A stretch of DNA of 64,000 nucleotides from an uncultured Nitrospiraceae bacterium (GCA_963706325.1 CAVPLT010000005.1:64001-128000), one strand, 5' to 3'; counted from the stretch's first letter, positions 34,686 to 46,868 are shown. Notes: a model not told the origin generated them from the letters alone. Made by a program: numbers and translations.

Positions 34686-35705
34686 ATGTTGAAGAAGAAA
34701 AAGGCTTACACGGTGGCTGTGTTGGGAGCTACCGGGGTTGTTGGGAAGGAAAGTCTTGAGATTTTGGAAGAACGTAAGTTTCCTCTCGAGACGTTGCGCT
34801 TGTTTTCTTCGAAACGGTCGGCCGGCGAGGTTCTGTCGTGCCAGGGTAAAGAGTACAAGGTGGAAGAGTTGACGGAAGCGTCTTCTTTTGCCGGGGTGGA
34901 CCTTGCCTTTGTGTCCGCGACGGATGCGATAAGCCGGGACTATGGCGCGCGGTTGGGTGCGGCAGGCGTCGTGGTCATCGATGATAGCGGAGTCTTTCGC
35001 ATGGATCCCGATGTGCCGCTGGTGGTGCCAGAGGTCAATGCGGCTGCGCTGCGATCGATGAAGCGCGGCATTGTGGCCATTCCCAATTGCACGACGACCC
35101 CGCTCGTCATGGCGCTCAAGCCGCTTCGCGATGCTGCCGGCATCAAGCGGGTTGTGGTGACGACGTTTCAGTCGGTGTCTGGAACGGGGTCAGCGGCGAT
35201 GGATGAATTAGTCGATCAGACGAAAGCGTTGATCTCCTTCCAAGATGTGAAGGTAGAGGTCTATCCCTATCAAATCGCATTTAATCTCTTGCCGGCTGTC
35301 GGCTCCTTCGGTGAAGGTGGCAATTGCTCAGAAGAGGTCAAGATCGTCCGAGAAACGAGAAAGATTCTTGAGATGCCCTCCCTGCGGGTTACGGCGACTA
35401 CTGTGCGAGTCCCGGTATTGCGCTGCCACTCTGAGGCCGTCAATGTCGAACTCGAACGGCCGTTGAAGGCGAACGAGGCGCGAGCCGCACTTGCAGAGAT
35501 GCCAGGAGTCATCGTCTACGACGACCCTTTGAAGAAGCTCTACCCCATGCCGTTCGACGTCTCGGGCAAAGATGAGGTGTATGTGGGGCGGGTCCGGGAG
35601 GATGAATCCATCACCAATGGATTGAACCTCTGGGTGGTCAGCGACAATCTTCGAAAAGGCGCTGCTCTTAATGCCGTTCAAATCGCTGAATGTTTGATAC
35701 AATGA
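34686..35705 (+). CDS. asd: Aspartate-semialdehyde dehydrogenase
   Basis: GATGVVG, PNCTT, QSVSG, RVPV...HSE, DNLRKGAA. Confidence 0.96.
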   Translation: MLKKKKAYTVAVLGATGVVGKESLEILEERKFPLETLRLFSSKRSAGEVLSCQGKEYKVEELTEASSFAGVDLAFVSATDAISRDYGARLGAAGVVVIDDSGVFRMDPDVPLVVPEVNAAALRSMKRGIVAIPNCTTTPLVMALKPLRDAAGIKRVVVTTFQSVSGTGSAAMDELVDQTKALISFQDVKVEVYPYQIAFNLLPAVGSFGEGGNCSEEVKIVRETRKILEMPSLRVTATTVRVPVLRCHSEAVNVELERPLKANEARAALAEMPGVIVYDDPLKKLYPMPFDVSGKDEVYVGRVREDESITNGLNLWVVSDNLRKGAALNAVQIAECLIQ

Positions 35706-35708
35706 ATA

Positions 35709-35963
35709 ATGGTACCCTGGAGCGGCGTGGGTCGCTGGTTGATCATCGTGGGGCTGGCCCTCGCCGCATTGGGAGGGCTGCTGGCGCTGGTAGAAAGATG
35801 GCCAGGAGTCGCCTCCACGTTCAGCTGGATCGGTAAGTTACCCGGCGATGATTCCATCACGCGCGAGCGGTTCAGTGTCCATGTCCCGATCGCGACCAGT
35901 CTCGTGCTCAGCATTCTGTTAAGCCTCCTTCTGTACGTCCTCTCATGGCTCTTTCGCCGGTGA
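35709..35963 (+). CDS. DUF2905-like small membrane protein
   Basis: Two TM segments around GKLPGD and P.ATSL..S. Confidence 0.8.
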   Translation: MVPWSGVGRWLIIVGLALAALGGLLALVERWPGVASTFSWIGKLPGDDSITRERFSVHVPIATSLVLSILLSLLLYVLSWLFRR

Positions 35964-37156
35964 ATCAATCCAGTCTCAAAAACCTGCCACTCATAGCGGG
36001 TAGCCTCTTCGTATTGCTTGTCTGTGCGCAGCCCGTCTTTGCTGATTCCATTCGGGTGTTAGTGGCCCAAGAGGTCACGATCCTGGAGGTAAGTTCTGAT
36101 GGTGACCTGGCCCTCGTGACTGAGGCGGGCGAGACGAAAATGTTCCGATCTCCGGTCCACATTTCAGCCCGAAGCGATGGATTTCACGTTGATAGTCGGC
36201 GAGTGGCCGGAGGGCAGGTCGTGATTCGGCCTTTCCGAAATACTCTTTCGCTGATGATGACGCAAGGCAGCGCGATCGCCCATGGCCCCGCGCTTTCCAT
36301 TGGTGGAGTCGTCCGTGTGTTGCGCAAGGGGCGCACGCTGTCTGTCGTGAATCAGGTGGATTTAGAAGAGTATGTGAAGGGCGTGGTGCCTTCTGAGGTG
36401 AGCTCTGCCTGGCATCCGGAAATGTTGAAGGTGCAGGCGGTGGCGGCACGGACATATGCGCTGTATAACAAAATGCTGAGCGCCGCCCGGGAATACGATG
36501 TGATGTCCACCATTCAAGACCAGGTCTATCGTGGACGATCCGGTGTCGACCACCGTGTTGAAGAAGCCGTCGAATCGACGAGAGGCATTGTCGTCACCCA
36601 TCTGCAGGCACCCATTTATGCGGCCTTTTCATCCACGGCAGCGGGCCCGACCGAAGACGCCGTCAATGTGTGGGCAAACAAAGACCTGCCCTATCTTAAA
36701 GGCGTAGAATGTCCGTTCGATATCGAATCACCATACTACCAATGGAAAGCCAGCGTGAAGATCGACCAGCTGGAACAGAACTTACGGCGCCAGGGATTTT
36801 CCGTCGGAACGATCGCCACCATCACTCCGATTGTCTATAGTCGTGCCGGACGGGTGGCGCGACTCCGGATTCTCCATTCGGTTGGCGAGACGGTGTTACG
36901 AGGGGAGGACCTTCGTAAGGCGGTGGGATATACCGTCATTCCGAGTACTCAATTTGAAGTCGAATCGATCGGAGCCGACGTAGTGTTTACTGGTTATGGC
37001 GCGGGCCATGCCGTGGGCCTTTGTCAATGGGGCGCAAAGGAATTGGCGGAACTCGGCTATTCATATGACAGTATTCTCCAGTACTACTATCCAGGGACGG
37101 AGCTACACAACGCGGCCTTGTCGCAGTTAACCGCTCCGGCCATTCCAACCCCCTGA
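35960..37156 (+). CDS. SpoIID/LytB domain peptidoglycan lytic transglycosylase
   Basis: LEEYVKGVVPSE, QAVAARTY, DQVY, GHAVGLCQWGA, YYPG. Confidence 0.9.
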   Translation: MNQSSLKNLPLIAGSLFVLLVCAQPVFADSIRVLVAQEVTILEVSSDGDLALVTEAGETKMFRSPVHISARSDGFHVDSRRVAGGQVVIRPFRNTLSLMMTQGSAIAHGPALSIGGVVRVLRKGRTLSVVNQVDLEEYVKGVVPSEVSSAWHPEMLKVQAVAARTYALYNKMLSAAREYDVMSTIQDQVYRGRSGVDHRVEEAVESTRGIVVTHLQAPIYAAFSSTAAGPTEDAVNVWANKDLPYLKGVECPFDIESPYYQWKASVKIDQLEQNLRRQGFSVGTIATITPIVYSRAGRVARLRILHSVGETVLRGEDLRKAVGYTVIPSTQFEVESIGADVVFTGYGAGHAVGLCQWGAKELAELGYSYDSILQYYYPGTELHNAALSQLTAPAIPTP

Positions 37157-38195
37157 TGTTGCTTAGCGAGTTTGATTTTCCTTTCGATCCGGCCTTGGTG
37201 GCTGACCATCCGGTCATTCCGCGTGATCGCGCGCGGATGCTGGTATTGGAACGCGTGAGTGGGGCGCGGAGGCACCATCATGTTGCCGATCTTCCGTTTC
37301 TCCTGCAACCCGGCGACCTTGTGGTGGTGAACAATACTAAGGTCATGCCGGCACGGGTCCCGGCTCATGTGCGCTCCACGGGCAAATTGATTGACCTGCT
37401 CTTTGTTCAGGATCTGGGGCAGGATGTATGGGAAGTGTTTATCAAGGGTCGATTCCGTCCTGGTTCCAGGATAGTCTTTCCCGACGGCGGCGAGGGGGAA
37501 ATTCTGGAGCGGAGCCAGGCCCGAACTACGTTAAGATTTACCGGCCAGGCGAGCGCGTACGATCTCATGCGGCAGCCGGCGCAATGCCGCTCCCTCCCTA
37601 CATTAAACGTCTGCCCACGCAGGATGACCTGCTGTGGTACCAAACCATGTTTGCGCAGCGTGAAGGCGCCATCGCTGCACCTACTGCCGGCCTGCATTTT
37701 ACGCGCGACCTAGTAGCGGCGTTAAAGAGAAAGGGCATTGAACTGGCGGAAATCACCCTGCACGTTGGCCCCGGCACATTTCGAAGCGTGAAAAGCGAGC
37801 AAATTGAGGACCACCGGATGCTAGCGGAACGAGTCGAGGTGTCTGATGATACTGTGGAGCAGATTCGCCGGGTCCGAGCGCGGGGGAATCGTGTGGTGGC
37901 AGTCGGAACGACCGTGGTGCGCGCGCTGGAAACCTGCGCACGGGGCGGGGCTGGCATCGTACCATTTCAAGGGCCGGCCGAGCTATTCATTACACCGGGG
38001 TTTGAGTTTCAGGTAATTGACGCGCTGGTGACAAATTTTCACTTGCCGCGAACCACCTTGTTGATGCTGGTCTCAGCTCTGGTAGGAGTCTATCCGCTTC
38101 GCGAAGCCTACCAAGAGGCGGTGGCGAAACGCTATCGGTTCTATAGCTATGGCGATGCGATGCTGATTGGAACGGGGTGGGCAGACGCTACATAA
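37156..38195 (+). pseudogene. queA: SAM:tRNA ribosyltransferase-isomerase split by one frameshift (mutation or sequence error)
   Basis: N-half (SEFDF, NNTKV.PAR) and C-half (PLPPYI, APTAGLHF, TNFHLP, YSYGDAM) in different frames; shift near 37575. Confidence 0.85.
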
Positions 38196-38886
38196 GCTCT
38201 TTATGAATCTTGACCGGTACCTTGCTCTTCATAGATTCGGTGTAAGCCATGAGCGCCCGCTGCTGTTTTTGAAAGAGGAAGCTCTGAAAAATCCGCTCCT
38301 TCGCAGCATCCACCTTGGCAGGATCGGTTTCACCCTGACGGGTGACGAGGGCCTGTGCTTCTGAATATTCCGAAGGCGTGAGGGCCACCGCATCCATGAC
38401 GACCAAGCGAGCTTTGTTGGTGAGAATATCCTTGGCTTCCATCGCTTCAAAGGATGAGGGGGTCAAACGATTTGCCGCCAGCAGTCTGCGATAGGCCTCG
38501 GGGTCGAACGTGCCATTCCGCTGGAATTCCGTTCGTTGCATAATCGCTTTACGGAGATCGTCGTCCGACACCGTGAGCCCCATGTCTTTCGCCACATGCA
38601 ACCACATGCGGTTGTCAATGAGTTGCTCCAGCACGAACTGTTTGAGGAATTCATCCTTGATGTCGGTTTGACCTTTGTCTTTGTAGAACCGGTATGTATT
38701 TTCGTAGGCGCGACGAAATTCATCCAGCGGGACGGCTTGATCCCCAACGGAAGCCACAACGTTGCCGCTCTCTTGACCAAATCCCCACCATCCCATGGTG
38801 ATGACAAACGCGAGGGCAAGAACGCCCATGATGGACTTGAGAAACCACGGATAGTCATGCGCTGCTTCGCGTAACAATTTGATCAT
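38188..38886 (-). CDS. SurA/PpiD N-terminal domain membrane-anchored chaperone-like protein
   Basis: N-terminal TM, VASVG..V...EF, G.FD...Y..LL; no PPIase domain. Confidence 0.75.
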   Translation of the reverse strand: MIKLLREAAHDYPWFLKSIMGVLALAFVITMGWWGFGQESGNVVASVGDQAVPLDEFRRAYENTYRFYKDKGQTDIKDEFLKQFVLEQLIDNRMWLHVAKDMGLTVSDDDLRKAIMQRTEFQRNGTFDPEAYRRLLAANRLTPSSFEAMEAKDILTNKARLVVMDAVALTPSEYSEAQALVTRQGETDPAKVDAAKERIFQSFLFQKQQRALMAYTESMKSKVPVKIHKELM

Positions 38887-39046
38887 CGAGATCGCCTCTT
38901 GTCGGCACGGCTCCATGGATTCTACTCAGGTGCCGGCAATAAAGGCAAGAGGAGGAGAAGGGCGACTGCTGTGCGAGAAGATTGCGACTTTGTTTGTGCG
39001 GATGGGCGAGATTTGCTATAGTGACCCTCAATCGGGGAGATCTTCA

Positions 39047-39505
39047 TTGGCGGAGGTGGCAGCCGGGCAAAGCCCATTCGAACTGGGTGTCTATCCGAAG
39101 GCCCAGGTACTGAACCGATTCATCGCCAAGGTGATTGACCTCCTGCTCGTGGCTGCGGCCAGTAAACTGGTGCCGCCGGTGGGCATTCTTGTCGGCCTTG
39201 CTTACATCTTATTGGCCGATGGATTTGGGGGCGGTCGTAGTGTCGGGAAGCGGTTGATTGGGTTGCAAACCATTGTGCCGCACACTCGCGACCCCGCAGG
39301 ATTCAGAGAGTCAATTATCCGCAATCTGCCCTGTGGCCTAGCCCAATTGGCATTTGAGGTGCCTTATGTGGGGTGGATCGGATGGGGCGCCGTACTTTCA
39401 CTTGAAGCACTTTTGGTTATGGGGAATGAGCAAGGTCGGCGATTAGGTGACGAGATCGCGAAGACTCAGGTACTTGAGAGTGGACAGCTTGATGTACCGG
39501 ATTGA
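39047..39505 (+). CDS. RDD family membrane protein
   Basis: RFIAKVID, SVGKRLIGL, IIRN, RRLGD.IAKT.V; TTG start after GGGGAG. Confidence 0.8.
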   Translation: MAEVAAGQSPFELGVYPKAQVLNRFIAKVIDLLLVAAASKLVPPVGILVGLAYILLADGFGGGRSVGKRLIGLQTIVPHTRDPAGFRESIIRNLPCGLAQLAFEVPYVGWIGWGAVLSLEALLVMGNEQGRRLGDEIAKTQVLESGQLDVPD

Positions 39506-39524
39506 ATAACTCGATCGGCGTTGA

Positions 39525-40604
<1,080 letters not shown>

Positions 40605-40622
40605 ACTCCATCCTGAGAGTGG

Positions 40623-41504
40623 ATGGCTAGTTCGCGTTCGACATACGGCACCAGACGCCTCGCCATAGTGCTGTTCGCCCTCTTGATTGCCGCGCTCTTT
40701 CTTCTTCCTAGTCAAAGTGAGGGGTTACTGCAGTACGTCGGGGGACCGCTCGGACAGATCCTCAGTCTTCCGCTCGCCGCATTTTCAGCTCTTGATCACG
40801 GTATTTCTGAAACATGGGATGGCTACCTCGCCTTGCAGGGCGTCCGTGAAGAGAACCGCCAGCTTCGTCGAGATATCGAATCGCTCAAAGGAATAAATAA
40901 TCAGTTGCGTGACTCCGTGTCGGCCACGCAGCGATATGCAACTCTGCTGAACTTCACACAACAGTCGTCTACTCGCACTGTCGCGGCCCAAGTGATCGGG
41001 AGGGACGCGACAAACTGGTATCGAGGCGTGATTCTGAACAAAGGCGAAAGCGATGGTGTTCGTACGGAAATGGGGGTCGTCACTCCGGCCGGTGTCGTCG
41101 GCCGTATAGTAAAAACGAATTCGACCTCGTCGGTCGTCTTGTTGGTCACCGATCCGAACAATGCGATTGCAGGCTTGGTGCAGCGGACTCGCGACGAAGG
41201 CATTGTCGAAGGCACGAGCCATGGGCGCGCACGCCTCAAGTACATTCCCCTCCTGTCCCGAGTCCAGCCCGGCGATCGAGTGGTGACGTCGGGCCTCACA
41301 GGTTCTTTTCCCCGGGGTTTGGCGATCGGCGGATTGACGCAGGTGGAAAAGTCAGAGGGAGATTTATTTCAATCCGCAGAAATCGAGCCGGAGGTCGACC
41401 TATCAAAGCTGGATGAGGTGCTGGTCATTACGGCGCCCTACGAAGGTGCCGACGCGGCACAGAAACTCCTGCAGGAAATCCACGGGGATCGAAAGAAGCC
41501 ATGA
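40623..41504 (+). CDS. mreC: Rod shape-determining protein MreC
   Basis: TM, coiled coil, NKG..DGV, VVTSG..G.FP.G; synteny. Confidence 0.93.
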   Translation: MASSRSTYGTRRLAIVLFALLIAALFLLPSQSEGLLQYVGGPLGQILSLPLAAFSALDHGISETWDGYLALQGVREENRQLRRDIESLKGINNQLRDSVSATQRYATLLNFTQQSSTRTVAAQVIGRDATNWYRGVILNKGESDGVRTEMGVVTPAGVVGRIVKTNSTSSVVLLVTDPNNAIAGLVQRTRDEGIVEGTSHGRARLKYIPLLSRVQPGDRVVTSGLTGSFPRGLAIGGLTQVEKSEGDLFQSAEIEPEVDLSKLDEVLVITAPYEGADAAQKLLQEIHGDRKKP

Positions 41505-42001
41505 AGTTTGTCGTCTATGCGCTACTGGCGATGGTGGTGGTACCACTACAAACAACCCTGTTGCATTACGTCAGTATCCTCGGCGTACGACCCGATCTTG
41601 GTTTGATCGCGGCGTGTCTCGTGGGTTTTCTCGGTGGGGAGCTCGATGGTTTGATTCTCGGCCTTATTTTGGGGTGTTTCCAAGATATGCTGTCTGCCGG
41701 AGAGCTGTGGATCAATGTCGTGACGAAGGGAGGGGCCGGGTTTCTCGCCGGCATGGCGGGACGCCATATGGCCCATATCACTCCGGCTGTGTTGACGGTG
41801 GGCCTCGTTGTCATCTCCTGCTTGTCCAGCGGAGTCTTCCTTTACGCGATGAATCCGGCGAGCATTGATGATGTTTGGATGGGAGTCCGTTCGACCGTGC
41901 TGGTGCAGGCCGGATATGACGCCGCCATTGGAGCGGGTTTGTATCTGATGTTTCGGCGACGCTGGTCGGATGATCGAATGGTGACAGAGGGAGCGCTGTA
42001 A
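41501..42001 (+). CDS. mreD: Rod shape-determining protein MreD
   Basis: Hydrophobic, PDL and G..QD motifs; between mreC and mrdA. Confidence 0.8.
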   Translation: MKFVVYALLAMVVVPLQTTLLHYVSILGVRPDLGLIAACLVGFLGGELDGLILGLILGCFQDMLSAGELWINVVTKGGAGFLAGMAGRHMAHITPAVLTVGLVVISCLSSGVFLYAMNPASIDDVWMGVRSTVLVQAGYDAAIGAGLYLMFRRRWSDDRMVTEGAL

Positions 42002-42024
42002 GCGCATGCCTACCTTGCAACGAC

Positions 42025-43923
42025 GTGTGGCGAAGGGCTGGGGATGAGGCCGTGATAGGGTTTAACGATTCCGACCTTCTCGACCTTCAGCGGCGACTTG
42101 CCATCCTGCGCGTAGGCCTTCTGTTGGTGGTGGCACTGTTGGCTCTGCGACTGTGGCATCTACAAATCCGGGAAGGCCCCTATTATCGCGACCTGTCCGA
42201 AAACAACCGGACACGGTCGGTCGTGCTTGAACCGGCCCGGGGGCTTATATTTGATCGGAATGGCATTTTGTTGGCGAACAATGTACCGAGTTTCGCTTTG
42301 TATGTCACATTGGAAGACGTGAAGGATCGTCAAGGTTTGGTCGCACAGCTGGCCTCTTTGCTTGGCCTAGATCCAGAGCTCGTTCAGAAGAAACTGTCGA
42401 TCGGAAAAGGAAGCAAGCTGCAGCCTCGCAAAATCAAGGATCGTCTGACACTGCGAGAGGCCACGTTAATCGAGTCTCACCGTTTAGACCTACCAGGCGT
42501 GATGGTTCAAGTGGAATCGCAACGGAATTATCCCGGCGGGGTGGTCGCCGCGCATCTGTTGGGTTATGTAGGAGAGGTGTCGGCGGAGCAACTCGAAAGG
42601 GCCGACTTTGCGGATCTCCATCAAGGCAGCATCGTGGGGCAGTACGGAGTGGAAAAGTCCTTTGACCGGCAGGTGCGCGGCCGGGCGGGACAGAAGAGCG
42701 TTGAGGTAGATGCGCTTGGCCATGAGAAACGTGCCGTCGTGGCAGAGAAGCCGGTTGCAGGCGACGATCTCCATCTCACCATTGATGTCCGCTTGCAAAA
42801 AATCGCGGAAGATCTTCTCGGGGAGGAATCCGGGGCTATTGTGGCGCTAGACCCTACCACCGGAGACGTTCTGGCGATGGCTAGTCGGCCTGGGTTTGAT
42901 CCGAATATGTTGTCGAAGGAGTTGACGAACAAACAATGGGTTGAAATAGTGCAAAATGAGGGACGGCCGTTGAATAACCGCGCGACGCAAGGCCAGTATC
43001 CGCCGGGATCAACCTTCAAGGTTGTGATGGCTGCGGCGGCCCTTGAGTCCAACACCGTGACGCCATCGACCATGGTTCGCTGCAACGGCGGCTACCAATT
43101 CGGCAATCGATTGTTTCGTGACTGGAAACCTGGTGGGCATGGTTCCGTCGACATGACCCAAGCGTTGATTCATTCTTGCGACGTCTATTTCTACACCATG
43201 GGCCAGCGCATGGGGATCGATACGATTGCCGAGTATGCGAAGCAATTCGGTCTTGGACAGGAATCCGGAGTGGAATTGGCCTCAGAGCGGGTGGGGATCG
43301 TCCCGTCTACGGCCTGGAAACAGAAGGCGAGAAATCAACCATGGTATCCCGGTGAAACCATTTCAGCCGCGATTGGTCAGGGGTATGTGACCGTGACGCC
43401 ATTGCAGATGGCGAATGTGATCGGGACTGTGGCAAATGACGGCGTATTGATGAAGCCGAGGTTGGTGCAAGCTGTTATGAATCGTGCAACGGGCGAGCGC
43501 GCCGAATTTCCGCCCACGGTTCGCGGGAAAGTGGCGGTCAAACCGGCGACCATCGCCTTAATCAAAGAGGCATTGGCCGATGTGGTGACGAAAGGAACCG
43601 CGACTCGAGCCAAGTCCTCCCTGGTGACGATTGCGGGAAAAACCGGTACGGCTCAAACGGCGGCTCTCCGCACCGGTCCAGATAAAGATATTCCGAAGAA
43701 GTTTCGAGACCATGCGTGGTTTGTTGCCTTTGCCCCGGTTGAGGCGCCGCGCATCGCCGTGGCGGTTCTAGCCGAACACATGGGCCATGGCGGGTCCGCT
43801 GCCGCGCCCTTGGCGAAGGATGTCATTGAGGCGTACGTGAAAGCCTATCCCCACGTGCTCACTGGAGCCAGAACCGGTGGCCGAACGAAGGCACCTGCTT
43901 TGGCAACCGGAACACGACCGTAG
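42025..43923 (+). CDS. mrdA: Penicillin-binding protein 2
   Basis: RG.I.DRNG, STFK, SCD, KTGTAQ motifs. Confidence 0.95.
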   Translation: MWRRAGDEAVIGFNDSDLLDLQRRLAILRVGLLLVVALLALRLWHLQIREGPYYRDLSENNRTRSVVLEPARGLIFDRNGILLANNVPSFALYVTLEDVKDRQGLVAQLASLLGLDPELVQKKLSIGKGSKLQPRKIKDRLTLREATLIESHRLDLPGVMVQVESQRNYPGGVVAAHLLGYVGEVSAEQLERADFADLHQGSIVGQYGVEKSFDRQVRGRAGQKSVEVDALGHEKRAVVAEKPVAGDDLHLTIDVRLQKIAEDLLGEESGAIVALDPTTGDVLAMASRPGFDPNMLSKELTNKQWVEIVQNEGRPLNNRATQGQYPPGSTFKVVMAAAALESNTVTPSTMVRCNGGYQFGNRLFRDWKPGGHGSVDMTQALIHSCDVYFYTMGQRMGIDTIAEYAKQFGLGQESGVELASERVGIVPSTAWKQKARNQPWYPGETISAAIGQGYVTVTPLQMANVIGTVANDGVLMKPRLVQAVMNRATGERAEFPPTVRGKVAVKPATIALIKEALADVVTKGTATRAKSSLVTIAGKTGTAQTAALRTGPDKDIPKKFRDHAWFVAFAPVEAPRIAVAVLAEHMGHGGSAAAPLAKDVIEAYVKAYPHVLTGARTGGRTKAPALATGTRP

Positions 43924-43925
43924 AC

Positions 43926-45047
43926 GTGATGATTGATCGTGTAATAGACAGTCGAGGGCTAGATAGTTTCGATCTCCGGTTCATGGGACTGATCGCGGTG
44001 ATCCTGTCCGTGGGGGTGTTGTCGATTTATAGCGTGACACACTCTCAGGACACGTCCTTTCCTTATTACCTCAAGCAGCTCGTCTGGATTTTCTTAGGAA
44101 CGGTCGCGTTTCTGGTGATGTATCTGTCCGATTATCACAAGATTGCTCGTTTGGCCTATCCGACCTATGCGGTGATCTTGATTCTGTTGGCGGTTGTATT
44201 GCTTATGGGCAAGTCCAGTCGCGGAGCCCAGCGATGGATTCCGATCGGTCCCTTCGCGTTTCAGCCGTCTGAATTTGCCAAACTCGTGTTGGTGTTGGTG
44301 TTGGCCTATTACTACTCCCGCGTCTCTCGGGTGGGCTGGTTGCAGCGAGTCGTCGTGCCGGGCTTGATCGTGTTGCCAGGGCTGCTGTTGATTCTCAAAC
44401 AGCCGGACCTGGGCAGTGGATTAAGTTTTTTGGCTGTCTACGCGGCGATGTTGCTGATGGTTGGGGTGCGTTCGAAGGCGCTCGGGATTATTCTCCTGCT
44501 CTCCGTCATGTTATTCCCCTTTGTCTGGGAGATGGTCTGGGCCTCGCTGCACGATTATCAGCGTCAGCGCGTCATGGCGTTTGTCGACCCGGACTACGAT
44601 CCGGGGGGGAAAGGCTATCACGCGTTGCAATCCAAAATTGCCATCGGCTCGGGTGAGCTGGCAGGAAAAGGGCTCTATGGCGGCACGCAAAGCCAGCTGA
44701 AGTTCCTGCCGGAAGGGCATACCGACTTTGTATTTGCTGTGTATGCCGAGGAGTGGGGCTTTGTCGGGGTGTTGGTATTACTGGCCCTGTTTATCGCGCT
44801 GATATGGGTCTCATTGGAAATTGCCGCGCGTGCGAAAGACACGCTGGGTGCCTTACTCGCGGCCGGCATTGTGGCGATGTTGTGTTTTTGCGTGGTGGTC
44901 AATATCGGAATGACGGCGGGTATGTTTCCTATCGTGGGAATTCCGCTTCCGTTGGTCAGTTACGGAGGCAGTGCGACCATCATGACCATGGCTTCATTAG
45001 GGCTGCTACTGAATGTAAAACGACGACGGTTGACCCTCTTTTACTAG
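43926..45047 (+). CDS. rodA: SEDS protein RodA
   Basis: QPSEFAK, QPDLG, PEGHTDF, SYGGS. Confidence 0.95.
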   Translation: MMIDRVIDSRGLDSFDLRFMGLIAVILSVGVLSIYSVTHSQDTSFPYYLKQLVWIFLGTVAFLVMYLSDYHKIARLAYPTYAVILILLAVVLLMGKSSRGAQRWIPIGPFAFQPSEFAKLVLVLVLAYYYSRVSRVGWLQRVVVPGLIVLPGLLLILKQPDLGSGLSFLAVYAAMLLMVGVRSKALGIILLLSVMLFPFVWEMVWASLHDYQRQRVMAFVDPDYDPGGKGYHALQSKIAIGSGELAGKGLYGGTQSQLKFLPEGHTDFVFAVYAEEWGFVGVLVLLALFIALIWVSLEIAARAKDTLGALLAAGIVAMLCFCVVVNIGMTAGMFPIVGIPLPLVSYGGSATIMTMASLGLLLNVKRRRLTLFY

Positions 45048-45191
45048 GCCGTGCCTGGACAGGGGTTGACTTGATATGAAATAACCATGGAATCAAACCG
45101 GCGCCGGACCAACGGCGAGACGAGAAAGAACCCGGGCCATGTGTCCGCGTTCGTCTGCCGATCTGCCCGATTTGAGTGTAAAGGAGTTTGT

Positions 45192-46703
45192 ATGGGGGTT
45201 GAGATAGCGATAAGCATAGCGCGGGAAGAAACCCGCGTGGCGGTCCTGGACAACGGGGTCGTCACGGACCTCTACGGAGACCGTGCCAAAGACCAAGATT
45301 TCGTAGGAAACATTTACAAAGGGCGAGTCGCGAAGGTGTTGCCCGGCATGCAGGCCGCCTTCATCGACATTGGGTTGGAAAAGGCGGCGTTTGTGCACGT
45401 GTCCGATCTCTCCATGGATTTGGAGTCCGGAGATACTCTTGTCGAAGGGGACGACGACGATAATAAGGACTCGGAGGTTCCGAAGCCGAAACGTCAAAAC
45501 TCAAAACCGATCGAAGAGTTGCTGACTGAAGGCCAGGAAGTCATGGTGCAAATTTCCAAAGGGCCGATCGGTACCAAAGGTTCGAGGGTGACAACCTATG
45601 TGTCATTGCCGGGGCGGTATCTGGTGTTCATGCCGACGGTCGAGCATATCGGTGTGTCCCGCCGTATTCCTCGAGACGAAGAGCGGGCTCGGTTGAAAGA
45701 AATCATGAAGCGGGCGCGCCGTCCGGGGTTCGGATACATCGTTCGGACAGTCAGTGAAGGCGTGAAGGAAGAGGAACTGCGGTCCGACGTCGAATTTCTT
45801 CACGTCTTGTGGCAGGACGTGTTGACCAAGCGTGATCAGCAGCCGGCCCCCAGCCTCTTGCACAGCGACTTGAGCTTGAGTTTTCGGGTGGTGCGCGATC
45901 TTTTTGGGCGTCGGGTCGATAGGCTCTTGATCGATAATCGCGAAGAGTACAATGCGATCAAGAACTTTGTACAGCGATTTTCGCCTGAACAAACCTCGCG
46001 TATCCACTTTTATGACAAAGAGGAGAGTCTGTTCGACTACCTGGGAGTCGAACAGGAAATTGCTCGTGCCATGAGTCGAAAAGTATGGCTCAAGTCCGGC
46101 GGGTATCTGGTGATCGACCATACTGAGGCAATGACGGTCATTGATGTCAACACGGGCCGATTTGTTGGTAAACGCGATCAGGAAGAGACGATTCTTCGGA
46201 ACAATCTGGAGGCCGCACGGGAAATTGCCTACCAGGTCAAGTTGCGAGGCATCGGCGGTATCATCATCGTGGATTTCATCGACATGGAGCGGGAGAAAAA
46301 TCGCGACAAGGTCTATCATGCCTTAGTGGATGCCATGTCCTCGGATAAGGCTCGCACCAGAATTTCAAGAGTTTCCGATCTTGGATTGATCGAAATTTCG
46401 CGCGAGCGCGTTCGGGAAGACCTCCTCCGGTCGCTCTCTGAACCCTGCCACTATTGTGATGGACGTGGCTATACCAAATCGCCCATGTCGGTAGCTTACG
46501 AAATTTTCCGTGAGGTGCGACGACTCGGTCATGAAATTGAGCAGCAACGCGTCATCGTGGGCGCGCATCCAACGGTCGCGCTACTGCTTCAGGAACAGGA
46601 ACAGCCCGGCGTTGAAGAGCTCGAACGGCGGTATGGCGCAAAAATTTTAATCACCCCCGATGAACGGTTGCATTTAGAGCAGTTTGACTTGGTCGTGATG
46701 TAG
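45192..46703 (+). CDS. rng: Ribonuclease G (Rne/Rng family)
   Basis: GNIYKG S1 domain, IDVNTG, DFIDM, CxxC.G.G. Confidence 0.93.
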   Translation: MGVEIAISIAREETRVAVLDNGVVTDLYGDRAKDQDFVGNIYKGRVAKVLPGMQAAFIDIGLEKAAFVHVSDLSMDLESGDTLVEGDDDDNKDSEVPKPKRQNSKPIEELLTEGQEVMVQISKGPIGTKGSRVTTYVSLPGRYLVFMPTVEHIGVSRRIPRDEERARLKEIMKRARRPGFGYIVRTVSEGVKEEELRSDVEFLHVLWQDVLTKRDQQPAPSLLHSDLSLSFRVVRDLFGRRVDRLLIDNREEYNAIKNFVQRFSPEQTSRIHFYDKEESLFDYLGVEQEIARAMSRKVWLKSGGYLVIDHTEAMTVIDVNTGRFVGKRDQEETILRNNLEAAREIAYQVKLRGIGGIIIVDFIDMEREKNRDKVYHALVDAMSSDKARTRISRVSDLGLIEISRERVREDLLRSLSEPCHYCDGRGYTKSPMSVAYEIFREVRRLGHEIEQQRVIVGAHPTVALLLQEQEQPGVEELERRYGAKILITPDERLHLEQFDLVVM

Positions 46704-46868
46704 CTCGATCTTTCATAATAGTCTGGCCAGTCCTACCGCGGCAGGAACTGATGTGTAAGAGTGATTGGAAAAGCCTCTCGTTCTCGGCGGATACCCTGTG
46801 ATTGAGCGCGGCCCCCGTGGCACTGGTACCGGCGTTGCACCCACGATGCGTGATGAGCTGAAACGATC

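Noticed and set aside
37560..37600. Programmed frameshift in queA
   Set aside because: No slippery sequence or stimulatory structure seen
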